From positions 87,978,001-88,042,000 of the forward strand of contig OX597815.1 in assembly GCA_951406725.2 (NCBI GenBank): 64,000 nucleotides of DNA. Reading direction: 5' to 3'. Below, piece after piece: positions 24,805-36,549 of the stretch; position 1 is the stretch's first letter, and each line of letters begins with the position of its first letter. Below the pieces are notes generated by a model. It saw nothing but the letters and a program-made list of their open reading frames with translations, searched no databases and was not told the origin of the DNA. Origin of the DNA: Octopus vulgaris (Eukaryota). The position numbers and the translations under genes are program-made.

Positions 24805-24912
24805 CATGAAAGCTACTAGAGTTTCTGAGACAGTGTGACCTTTATTGACACATTCTTGGCTGATTTCTCTGATTATATTTTTGATGATGCTCTCCGTTTG
24901 AGTGAAATTCAT
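24805..24912 (-). CDS. CFAP206: Cilia- and flagella-associated protein 206, first coding exon (36 codons)
   Basis: Translates MNFTQTESIIKNIIREISQECVNKGHTVSETLVAFM, matching my recollection of the vertebrate CFAP206 N-terminus (MPPTQAESVIRSIIREIGQECAAHGEIVSETLIAFM). Ends at an ATG|GTAAGT donor (phase 0). A candidate acceptor (ccaaag|) about 23 nt upstream of the ATG implies an upstream non-coding exon. Confidence 0.95.
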
Positions 24913-25469
24913 TTTTATAGTTAATGGAGATTGACCTTTGGAGTACAGATATATAACAACAGTATGATTAACAGCAAAATCAAGAAGAAACAAAGCATAA
25001 CTACAATACCAACCTAAAATAATCCTCTTTCTTATAATTTAAACTTTTGTTATAATGTTTCAGTTGAAATATGCTACATTTTCCCCAGTTAAGTCTAAAA
25101 ATAATTAAGAATTTAATAAAATAATATTTACACCAAGTACACTGGACCAAAAACAAAAAGACAAGATGATAATAGTTAGAAGGTTTTGGGTTAGAGGTCT
25201 GCTTGATTAGTTAACCTTGCACTAAGCAACAGCATAAATATAAGAAAATGAATACAACTTTCATGAATATGTAACAATGTACTATCATAAGTGAGTGATG
25301 AAAATTTGAAATATCACTGAAAAAAAAATTCAAAACATATATTCATAGTTTCTTTGAGCAGCTCAATATATGAGCAAAATTTCTCATAATGTCTTTATTT
25401 TGAGGATTGCATGCTTCAGACCTAGAACTATGAATAACATTTCCAACCTGTGTCTTTCCATGCTTCCCA

Positions 25470-26150
25470 CAATTTTTGTATGTGGCAGATACTCAGGGGC
25501 AATAAACACTGAAAATGTACAGAGAACAACTTCCACCACATTCCAGGGAGAAAAACTACAAGTAGTTGATAGCTTCCATTACCTCCAAGTGACCAAGTCA
25601 GTAGCGGGGGAGGGTGCGCTGAAAGTGTAGCTGCTAGAATAAGAATAGCCTGGGCAAAGTTCAGAGAGCTCTTACCTCTGCTGTTGACAAAGGCCCTCCC
25701 GCTCAGAGTAAAAGGTAGACTGTATGACGCATGTGTACAAACAGTCATGCTACATGGCAGTGAAACATGGGCCGTGACTGCTGAGGACATGTGTAAGCTC
25801 GCAAAGAATGAAGCCAGTATGATCCGATGGATGTGTAATGTCAGTGTGCATACTCGACAGAGTGTAAGTATCCTGAGAGAAAAGTTGGACCTAAGAAGCA
25901 TCAGATGTGGTGTGCAAGAGAGACTGCACTGGTATGGTCATGTGGCAAGAATGAATGAGGATAGCTGTGTGAAAAAGCGCCACACCCTAACGGTTGAGGG
26001 AACCTGCGGAAGAGGTAGACCCAGGAAGACCTGGGATGAAGTGGTGAAGCACGACCTTTGAACATTAGGCCTCAATGAGGCAATGACTAGTGACCGAGGC
26101 TTTTGGAAATATGCTGTGCTTGAGAAGACCCGGCAAGCCAAATGAGATCA
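25470..26150 (+). mobile_element. RTE-clade LINE 3' fragment
   Basis: ORF 25684-26061: KGRLYDACV..VMLHGSETW...LHWYGHVARM...GRGRPRKTW. Confidence 0.85.
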
Positions 26151-27146
26151 TGCTGGGCAAAATGTTTAGCAGTATTTTTCCTGTTGCTATGTTCTGAATT
26201 CAAATTCTGCCAACATTAACTTTGCATTTCATCCTTTTGAGGTTGATAAATTAAGTACCAGTGAATCACTGGGGTCAAAGTAACTGGCTAGTCACCTCCC
26301 ACCAAATTTCAGGTTTTGAGTCTTAAGTAGACAGGATTATTATTATTATTATTCAGTAGTGTTATTTTTATCATGTGCTTTCACTGCACTACCGAGTGCA
26401 GCTCTGTGTACCTTGGGTATGCACAGCAGTTTGTTGTGGTGCTCTTATTTTCATTGTATTGAAAGTGTTTTATGTAGGATGTGTGCATTGCATACTAGTG
26501 CTATTCTCTGTATGCTATATAAACTTGTAAGTCCTGGAGTTTTTGTTATGTATTTGTCTGAATGATTTTTTATCATACCTAATGCACCTACCATAATAGG
26601 AATTGTTTCTGTTTTTAGGCTCCACATTCAAGTTACCTCTATTTTCAAATATTTGTATTTTGAAGATTTCTCTGTTTCTTTTAGAGAAACATCATCATCA
26701 TCATCGTTTAACGTTCACTTTCCATGCTAGCATGGGTTGGACGATTCGATTGAGGACTAGCGAACCAGATGGCTGCACCAGGCTCCAATCTGATTTGGCA
26801 GAGTTTCTACAGCTGGATGGCCTTCCTAACGCCAGCACTCCGAGAGTTTAGTGGGTGCTTTTACATGCCACTGGCACGAGGGCCTGTCTGGCAGTACTGG
26901 CAACAGCCACACTCGAAATGGTTTTTTTTTTTACATGCCACCTGCACAGGAGTCAGTCCAGCAGCACTGGCAACGACCTCGTTCGAATGTTTTGTTCAAG
27001 TGTCAGTAAGGTGACGCTGGTAACGATCACGCTCAAATAGTGCTTTTTATGTGCCCACTGGCATGGAAGCCAGACAGCTGCTCTGGCAATGATCCCGCTC
27101 GGATGGAGCTAATTTATTGTTGTTATTATTATTATTATTATTATTA

Positions 27147-27192
<46 letters not shown>

Positions 27193-27199
27193 CATTATT

Positions 27200-29640
27200 A
27201 TTATAATTATCATTATATAACTGTTCAATATTTGGTAGACTGAGGCAAATTCCTACTGCATCATCTGCTACACCTCTGTATTCCTTGGGTGCGTGCAGCA
27301 TTGTATGTTCTTTTCTGCTGTTGGGAGTGTGTGAACTCTTCCCAGTACTGTATTTTGTTAGTTTTTTTCTCCTTGAGGTGTGGTGCTGTTTTTGTTGTGC
27401 TACTGCTTGTATCGCGTGTTGAGTGTGCAATGCTTTGGCTTTCTAGCTTGTCGGTGGGAGTTTATTTCACTGAGTAAATGTTGTGTAGAGTGTGTCATGT
27501 ATTTGTGGGTTGTTTTGTTTAGATTTTATTACTGGGTTGATAGTGTCTTGCATAGCATGTGGGCTGTTCCTAGCAGGGTTATTTCTTGGACAGTGTGTAG
27601 TGTTGAGGATCCAGGCATAGCTTCTATATTTTTGTTCATATGATTTTTTTATCATGCCCAATGCTCCAATTATAATTGGTTTTGTTTTTACCTTCATGCC
27701 TCACATTCTGAATACTTCAATTTCAAGGTCTTTGTACTTCAACAATTTCTCCACTCCTTTTTAGACAATATTTTGATCAGAAGCAGGCGGTGAGCTGGCA
27801 AAAATGTTAATACACTGGGCGAAATGCTTAGTGGTATTTTGTCTGTCTTTACATTCTGAGTTGACTTTGCCTTTCATCCTCTCGAGGTCAATAAATTAAG
27901 TACCAGTTATGCAATGAGGTCAATCTAATCAACTGGCCACCTCCCAAATATTTCGGGCCTTGTGCCTAGAGTAGAAAAGAATATTTTGATCAGAAGGGAC
28001 TGCAACGTCTATCAGTAAGCAAGTGTTTTTCCCCAATCCTTGACTATTATGTGTGGGCAATTAGCATTTATTTCTTTGCTGGTTTGAACCAGAATATCCC
28101 AGATGATTGAGGCCTGATCATTGTTTTGAACCTTGCTTGGCACATGTTTATATCACCTGCTGTCAGTTTTGATTTTGTTATGTTGGCATATTGTCCAGTG
28201 GATATAACTGCTTACTTTGTCGTGCCTGTATACATATTCAGACTTGGCAAGGATTGGACAGCTTGAGATGATGTGGTCAACTGTCTCATTGTGCTGGTTG
28301 CACATTCTGCATTTGGTGTTGAGGCCTGTTTTCATTATTTTGTTTTTTTAATTGCTTGTAGTCAGGCATTGGTCTTGTGCAACAAGAATCAGTCCTTCCA
28401 TTTTGGCTTTTAATCCAGAGCTTTTGAGACACTGTTGGCTTTTACTTAGGCTCACTTACTCTCTGTCGAGCCTTGCAGGGTAATGGCCATGAAGTGATAT
28501 TTCTCTCCATTTCTTCTTCAGTATCTTTTGTAATTCAGTTTTCGTGTTGTTTTTTGTTTCTCTGACCATTTCTGCAATGTTGTCATCTGAGGTAGTGTCA
28601 GTGTAGTTTGTCTGTGTTTTGTATTTTGTCACCTCCTTGTGTATAGAGAAAAGCGTTTTCTTTTTCTCATATTGCTTTACTACATGCAGTAGTCTTCCAC
28701 TCTTTGTTTCTAAGTACTTTGCTAGTCCAACTGTTGTTATTTTATAGTAGTTTTCTATCTGTGTCAGGCTACAGCCTTCTTCTGAGCGGGGTAGATATAT
28801 TCTGTCTATGTCTGTTTTGGGATGGTAACTTTGGAATTATGTTAGTAGTTTTCTGGTATTTCTATCTAGGTTTCTCAATTCACTGATCTTCCAGCTTATT
28901 ATGTTAAAGCTGTAATTTATGACTGGTATGTCTAGCATGTTTATCCCTATGACCTTATTTTTAGCATTAAGTTCAGTATTTAATATTAGTATAACTCTTC
29001 TGTAATACTCTCTCCTAATTTTCTCTTTCATTTCTCTGTGTTGTATTTTAGCTGTTTCTTCTACTCCTAGATATTTGTATGGGCAGCTGTGGTCTAATTC
29101 TCCAATTTCTGTGTCTATGTCAAGTGCAGTGTTTTCAGTGCTGAATAATTTGCCTCTTCTCAGTGTGACTCTGGCACATTTGTCCAACCCTATGCTTATT
29201 TCCGATGTCATTGCTGAAACTCTGAACAATTTTGATAAGGTTTCTCTGTTCTATGGTGTTTTTAGCATAAAGTTTTAGGTCACCCATGTACAGGAGATGG
29301 TTTATTTTTTGTCCGTAGCACCTATAACCCATAGTGGTTTCATTTAACAAGTTTGTTGAGGTCAGAGAAAGGCAGAAAATCAGGGGTAGCAGTGAGTCTC
29401 CCTGGAAAATCCCTCTTCTTATGTGTATAGGGTAGATTTTAATAACTTGTGAGTCATTTCTTAATGTTATACAGGTCTTCCAGTTTACCATTGAATGTTT
29501 AATATATTTTAGTAGTGGTGGGACTACCTTATTTGTGTGGAGGGATTCCAGTATCCATGAGTGTGGAACACTGTCAAATGCTTTCTGGTAATCAATCCCA
29601 GTCATGTTTAGGTTTGTCTTTCTCCTCTAACAGCCCTCTA
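27200..29640 (-). mobile_element. Decayed R4/Dong-like (RLE-type) non-LTR retrotransposon; related 3' end at about 26340-26690
   Basis: IDYQKAFDSVPH, GIFQGDSL.PL, HLLYMGDLKLY, YKYLG, CRMC..ETVDHIISSCPILA..Y..RHDKV, PIIIGALG; (AAT)n tail. Confidence 0.85.
27784..27979 (+). mobile_element. Meta-domain-like SINE inserted into the R4-like LINE, with a 17-bp TSD
   Basis: TSD aatattttgatcagaag at 27767-27783 and 27980-27996. Same family at about 300-490, 23951-24150, 26155-26337, 32896-33300, 44875-45235, 46200-46415 and 54985-55170. Confidence 0.85.
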
Positions 29641-31470
29641 TAATTGCTTGGTTTATACAGCAACATCTGCTTGGTGATACGAGTGAATGGTCACCTTTCG
29701 GAACCGTTTGACATCTCGCGTTCGGTCTGCCAAGGATGCCCTCTCTCCTCCCTCTTGTACATATTGACTCTCGAGCCATTACTGCACAAGTTGGAGGCTT
29801 TAAGGGGTATCCCGCGTGATCTAGGAGGCGGAAATAGCGTGTCTGCCTATGCTGACGACGTCACCGTGATGGTGTCGAGCCACAGGCACATTGGTCTGAT
29901 TGGCGAGACACTAAACGAGTACGAAGCGGTGACAGGGGCAAAGATTAATGCGGAAAAGTCTGTGGGCTTGCAACTGGGCACCTGGAGAGGCAAGCCCATG
30001 CCGTCCAACAGCGTTGTAGGGCGCTGGACAGACGGACCCGTTAAACTGCTCGGGGTCTGGTTCGGTCCGGACCTCCAGGTGGATAAAAACTGGGAAGAAG
30101 TGACGAGCAGGGTGGCACGTCTCACCCAGAAATGGGCCGAGAGGAAGCTGTCCCTGAAAGGTCAAGCAGAGGTGGCAAATGCATACATTGCATCCATCAT
30201 CTATTACCGCTTGACCGTCGTCTCTTGTCCCAACCGCTGGTTGGCCAAGCTGGTATGCCTGCTCTTCGACTTTTTGTGGAAGGGACAGGTGCCACTGGTT
30301 AGGCGATCCATCTGCTGTCAACGACCGCTGAATGGAGGCCTTGGCATGCCGTGGTTACTGATGCGCAGACATGCGCTCAGGCTGTGACATCTCAAGCGTT
30401 TCCTAGACGGTGATCAGGTGTGGTCGTCTTTTGTCAGATGCGATTTTCTGCAGCTCGTCTCTTTGACAGAGCTGCAGACCTGGATTAAATATAGACCGAG
30501 AAAGGGCGCTTGACACCTCGAGTGCCGTCAAGCTCTCTCCGCCCTCCACCGGGCGGGCAATGCGATCGGTTTTAGTTCCACTCTACCGTTCTATAGAGGG
30601 TTAGTGGAGGAAAAATGCGACGACGTTCTCGGGGAAACTCTAGGCGTTGATGATAACGAACTGAACGGTCTGTTTGGAAGGACTTTCGGGCCGGGGCCAA
30701 TGGATAATTTCCAGAGGTCCTTCGCCTGGCAGTGCTACTGAGGGGCTCTGCCTGTTCGGGATAAACTCTACCGGCACGGAAGTGCCGTCAGCTGGGCCTA
30801 CCCAAGGTGTTGCCAGGACGACGAAACCGTTCTGCATGCACTCGTCCAGTGCCCGAGTATTGCTGAACTATGGGTTTATGTCGAACAGCTACTGTCGCAT
30901 ATAGGACAGATCCGGCTATCAGCCTAATCCATAGTGAAGATTGCCCCACCGACCTCCTTTAACAAGGAGGACGAAGCTGTTTTCCTGTGCCTAGTGGCTG
31001 TGGCAAAAGAGATTGTATGGTGGACCCGTTTGAAAGGGCTAAAATCAGACACTTTCCACTTTGGTCAAGGCCTCATCAACTTTTTCAAGTTTCACTTGAA
31101 AAGGAAGATGAGGTTAGAGAGGAGAGCGCTGTCCGATAGCAAGTTTTCTGAAAGGTGGGTGAATTGTGCAAGAATGGCCAGTATAAATGGACCAATTCTC
31201 AGGTTTCGCCTGTGATTGAAAAAGGTTTTATAAAAGGAGAAAGGGGCTCTCTACCCACCTTTTTGACCAGGCTCCTGTTGGCTTTTATGGGTTTTTTTCC
31301 ACCAGGAACCTTTCAAAGCGCCTCCCCCTATTGGGAGTTTTTTTCATTGTTAAACAGTTTTTACTCGGATTTTTTCAAAAACGGACAAAACCCTTTGTAA
31401 CCTTTCATCCTGTTTTTGTCCCTTTATGTTTACTAATCATGTGTCAGCCCTTGTGGCCAATAAAAAGAAT
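29641..31470 (+). mobile_element. 5'-truncated Tx1/L1-clade LINE (RT plus C-terminal CCHC), with several stops
   Basis: QGCPLSSLLY, AYADDVTV, KLLGVWFG, GGLGMP, C...ETVLHALVQC; GC-richer than its flanks; AATAAA followed by (ATT)n at the 3' end. Confidence 0.9.
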
Positions 31471-31495
31471 AAATTATCATTATTATTATTATCTT

Positions 31496-31853
31496 TATTA
31501 CCTCTGCCTTAGCAAAGGCTGAGGTATTGTTTTCAGTTGTGTTTGTTTGTTTGTTTATCCATGGACAAAATGTTTCAAGAACCACTGGATGGATTCAGAT
31601 GAAACTTTCAGGGATGTTTGGCCTCATGGTTGGCACAAACTGATTAGATTTGGGGAGACGAGGAATCTGGATTATTTTTCCTGTTTTTTTACTTAATTTT
31701 TGAGAGCGGTCAGGCTCATTTTTAGTATTCTCATTTGTGAGAGAAGTTGAATTTATTTCAGATATTCTCATTTTAAAAATCATCTCTGGCTAATCATTGA
31801 GAGAACATTGGCGTTGCCTTGGCAGAGGTTTGCGCTCTCTGAGTGCTCTTGTT
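31496..31853 (+). mobile_element. DINE-1/HINE-like non-autonomous element (Helentron-associated)
   Basis: Sub-terminal inverted motifs acctctgcc / ggcagaggt, (GTTT)n near the 5' end, 3' hairpin gcgctc-tct-gagtgc, T-rich insertion site. Confidence 0.55.
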
Positions 31854-32324
31854 GTTAAAGATTTTTGGAACTCCTGAAGTCTTGCATGCATAGCAGGCTT
31901 GTTACCTGCAGTTTATGGTACCATGCAATCTGTTCTTTTCAATTATCCAATACTTTCTGATTATTCTGGCTGTGTCAAAGAGGCAAACCTTTTGTAACAG
32001 CTCTAGTGGGTACACTATTCCAATTCCCTTTATATTATTATTATTATCATTATCATTATTATTATTATTATTTCTATTTCATTTCTCAGAGCTCTCGATT
32101 TCACTTGCTCTGGTTAATACTGTAAAGAGTGGACAACAATCTGTTGTCAAGGATCTCGCATAGTCTCTTTCTACTTAACAACAAAGTACCAATCTCAAAA
32201 TCCTCATTAGCCCCAATAGAGCAGTTTTATGAGCATGTTCTACCTCATGTCAATCCCAATGTCTCCAACAAATTTCTCAAATCTGGTTGTTAATACACTC
32301 AGTGCCACAATAACTATTATTATT

Positions 32325-32870
32325 ATTGAGTGAAAGAGCAGTGCATGCCATCAAAATGGCACTGTGGTACAAATATACATAACCCAATATATCTATCTAA
32401 TAAGGATATACTAGGTACATGCATCACAACCATATGTGCTTGATATGGTGATCTTATATTAAGATAAACAGCGCATGACCTTGCAGGTGGGGTCTGGTTA
32501 GAATTTTCTTCAGGTCAAGTAGTCTATCTCACCCAAAAGGTCACTGAAAAAGGTTTGTTTAAGGATGATGAACAAAACACTCAAGTTTCCAGAGGTGAAT
32601 TATTCAAACTACAAAGAATTCCTCTCAATACATGGCTATGATGCTTCCCCACTACTCCTGCTCAGGATCAGATGCACATATTGCCAGCTATTAAAGGACA
32701 TGCTCAACTGGATAAGGTTAAGCAACTGACATGCAAATCTGTGGTATTGAGCAAAATATTTGCTGTAGCCCATCTTTTATACCAAGACAAAACATGTACA
32801 TAATTACACTTCTAATCAGTTACGATCAGAAGCCATGAAGCCACTTTCTGGTACTGCATCAGGGCGTTTT
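32325..32870 (-). mobile_element. Non-coding interspersed repeat bounded by (AAT)n tracts (SINE-like)
   Basis: Discrete unit between (ATT)n tracts; family assignment uncertain. Confidence 0.4.
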
Positions 32871-33681
32871 ATTATCATTATAATTATTTTTATTAAGGCA
32901 GCGGGCTGGGTAAAATGCATTTCGTCCGTCTTTACGTTCTGAGTTCAAATTCCGCTGGGTCGACTTTGTCTTTCATCCTTTTGGGGTTGATAAAACAATA
33001 CCAGTAAATCGACTGGTATAATCGACTGGTTCCATCCCTCCCCCCACTACCCTCCGCCCCTGAAATTGCTGGCCTTGTGCCAAAATTATGAAACCATGCT
33101 GAATAGTTAAACTCACTAGACAAAATGCTTAGAGGTATTTCGTCTGTCATCACGTGCTGAGTTCAAATTCCCTCGAGATCGGCTTGGCCATTCATCCTTA
33201 AGGGATCGATAAGATATATACCAGTTAAGGACTGAGGACGATGCAGTCGATTTACCTGCTCCCCAGGAATCTCTGGCCTTGCTAATTATTCTGCCAACCT
33301 GCCGCCTTAAGTATTTGTGAAATATATTAGAACCGTTTACAACAAACTAAGGTAATAAGAGTTATGTACCTTGGCTTGGGCACAGCGTAAAGCACTCTCA
33401 ACACAATACGTAGATGTAAATTTTGTAAACATGTTATTGAAAACTCAAGACCTCTTGAATTCACATCAGTTAGATGCATATAGTACGTTGGTTTATAGGT
33501 ATATGTATGAGTCAGGGTATGCATAAAACTTAATGTTTATATAAATACATATAAATATTTATTTATCTTAACATATATTCCAATGAACTACGTGCCTAAG
33601 TATGCTCTCTCTCTTTCACCACCTCTCCCCCTACCTCTCTCTCTCTCTATGTATGTATGTATGTATGTATGTATGTATGTA

Positions 33682-33743
<62 letters not shown>

Positions 33744-34632
33744 TGTATATATAGATATATAATTATATACACACAAGAACATGGTGGGGCCTGCATGGGA
33801 TTTGAATGCTTTTTCTCTTTTTTTATTCTCTGCTGCCAACCTGTGTGCTGGCTCAGAGAGTTAGCTGGAATATTTGGGTACTGGCTTAAGGACTTCCCAA
33901 GTCTATTACCTGAAACAGATGTCACAAGGTTGCACTTAACAAACTAACATTCAATCAACCCATCACCCTGGACTGATACTTAATTTATCAGCCTTGGAAG
34001 GATGGAAGTGAAGTTGGCCAAGGCAAGACTTGAACAAAGAATACAGAGAGCTAGATCATATGTTACAAGGTGCTCTATCTGACACTCAATGACCCTGCCA
34101 ATCTGATGTCATATGTATATATGCATATAGGTTAAAATAAACAATTACAAAGAATACAGACACTGGCACATCTTCAAACAATTACAGAGATTGTAGTACA
34201 TCTTCAAATTTATCTTTTATTTTTTTCAATTAATTATGCAATATAATAGGTTAATATGACCAACACATGTTTCTGCATAGAGAATGTGTAGTTGCGATCT
34301 TAGGTACTTCCTACTACTTGGGTGTTTTTGCCTGAACCTAGACTATAACTGAGTGCTCATATGGCACCTAGCTGGATAATTCATCCCTATATACTCATTG
34401 TATGTGAGTGTATGTATATGTATATAAATATATGTATATATATCAATATATATATTAAATTAGAGATAAAACCACTATTAGTTTGGATTTACTCCCTAAT
34501 ATTATTATTATATATAAATATATATATATATATTGGCCTGCTCGCTTAGCCAGCGGGGTGGCGTCATTTGAAGGCTAAGACAATGCAAAGTGCATTGTGA
34601 CCAGCGATGTGTAACAGCATCTGATAGCCTGG

Positions 34633-34677
<45 letters not shown>

Positions 34678-34681
<4 letters not shown>

Positions 34682-35843
34682 GGGGCGGGTGCGCTGAAAG
34701 TGTAACTGCAGAATAAGAATAGCCTGGGCAAAGTTTAGGGAGCTCTTACCTCTGCTGGTGATTAAAGGCCTCTCGCTCAGAGTAAAAGGCAGACTGTATG
34801 ATGCATGTGTACGAACAGCTATGCTACATGGCAGTGAAACATGGGCCGTGACTGCTGAGGACATGCGTAAGCTTGTGAGGAATGAAGCCAGTATGCTCCG
34901 ATGGATGTGTAATGTCAGTGTACTTACTCGACAGAGCGTTAGTACCTTGAGAGAAATGTTGTACCTAAGAAGCATCAGTTGTTGTGTGCAAGAGAGACGA
35001 TTGCGCTGGTATGGTCATGTGGCGAGAATGGATGAAGATAGGTGTGTGAGAAAGTGCCAATCCCTAGCAGTTGAGGGAACCCGTGGAAGAGGTAGACCCA
35101 GGAAAACCTGGGACGAAGTGGTGAAGCACGACCTTCGGACGTTAGGTCTCACCATGGAAATGACTAGAGACCGAGACCTATGGAAGTATGCTGTGCGTGA
35201 GAAGACCCGGCAAGACTAGTGAAGCCATAATCCGTGGCCCCTACCTGGGACGTAGTCAGTCCACCTGTGCATACCTTCCTTCTTGTGACACTTGTGAAGA
35301 CCTGTTGAGGCAAGTGAGAATCGAATCGAATCAAATCAAATCAAATCGAACCAAATCAAAATAGATGAACATCAATGGAATTTGTATCCTTGTGGTACCA
35401 GTGCCGGTGGCACATAAGAAAACCATCCGAACGTGATCATAGCCAGTACCGCAACGACTGGCCTCCGTGCTGAGGGCACGTAACAAACACCATCCGAGCG
35501 TGGCCGTCCGCCAGCCCCGTCTGGCACCTGTGTCGGTGACACATAAGAAAACACCATCCGAGCGTGGCCGTCAGCCAGCCTCGTCTGGCACCTGTGTCGG
35601 TGGCACATAAAAAACACCATCCGAGCGTGGCCGTCTGCCAGCCTCGTCTGGCACCTGTGTCGGTGGCACATAAAATCACCCACTACACTCTCGGAGTGGT
35701 TGGCGTTAGGAAGGGCATCCAGCTGTAGAAACACTGCCAGATCTGACTGGCCTGGTGCAGCCTTCGGGCTTGCCAGACCCCAGTTGAACCGTCCAACCCA
35801 TGCTAGCATGGAAAGCGGACGTTAAACGATGATGATGATGATG
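34678..35843 (+). mobile_element. Young 5'-truncated RTE LINE inserted in (TA)n, with ORF end, 3' UTR containing about 58-bp tandem repeats and (GAT)n tail
   Basis: Open ORF 34758-35219; (AAATC)n at about 35320-35360; tandem units at about 35485-35672; CpG-rich (little decay). Confidence 0.9.
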
Positions 35844-36158
35844 ATATATATACATACATACACATGCATGAGTCATCTAAGAGTCCAAAAGTCAGGGAAA
35901 AGTTGCACTTGTATATCTGCCAACAGAGTAGGTATATTATCTGAAATGTACAGTATTATATATTCATCACAGCTGATCTTATCAATCGGTTTTGCACTGG
36001 GAATACAATGGAGTGTAAGGTAACAATCTGATTTCTCTCTTCCATAATGGCTAACTCTGATGAGCACAAGGTTATATAATCAGATTGTTACCTAGTGCAA
36101 AACTGATTAGTAAGATCAGTCATGTATATATATTTTGGATAATATATATATATATATA

Positions 36159-36181
<23 letters not shown>

Positions 36182-36193
<12 letters not shown>

Positions 36194-36549
36194 TCACTGC
36201 TTGGAATCAAACTCGGAATCTTGGGATTAGTAGTATGTGCTCTTAAACACTATGCCATATGCCCGTGGGCATATAGCATAGTGGTTAAGAGTACAGGCTA
36301 CTAATCCCAAGATTCCGAATTCCATTCCAAGTAGTGACCTGAATAATAACAACAACAACAACTACAGCAGCAACATCGAAAAATACCTTAGGAATGAGAA
36401 CCCAGGTTCGAAATTTCCCCAAGACACCTGATGAAGGCTGGAGGGTATATCAGCCGAAACATTGTGTTAACAACAAACAAGATGAGGACAAATATCCATC
36501 AAATGTAAATAATGTACATAATTCCTCATCTCCTAAGTATAGAACTGTA
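36182..36549 (+). mobile_element. tRNA-headed short element with hammerhead motif, preceded by an inverted copy of its head
   Basis: Head-to-head arms 36182-36264 and 36267-36349 centred on gccc-gt-gggc. A-box-like TGGCATAGTG(G/T)TTAAG and B-box-like GAGTT(C/T)GATTCC. Hammerhead at 36423-36468; 3' end ...aattcctcatctcctaagtatagaactgta. Confidence 0.75.
36423..36468 (+). ncRNA. Minimal type I hammerhead motif (one core-adjacent substitution)
   Basis: Stem I GACAC/GTGTT; CTGATGA; extra A; stem II GGCTG/CAGCC; GAAAC; ATT. The sister copy at 23496 has GTT, so the inferred ancestral stem III is the palindrome AACGTT. Confidence 0.65.

Noticed and set aside
33424-33475. Hammerhead-like hairpin on the minus strand (CTGATGT...AACATGTT)
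   Set aside because: Both catalytic boxes deviate and stem I is not supported.
35485-35672. Regular repeats of about 58 bp resembling a CRISPR array
   Set aside because: No unique spacers, eukaryotic context, and part of an RTE 3' UTR tandem repeat.
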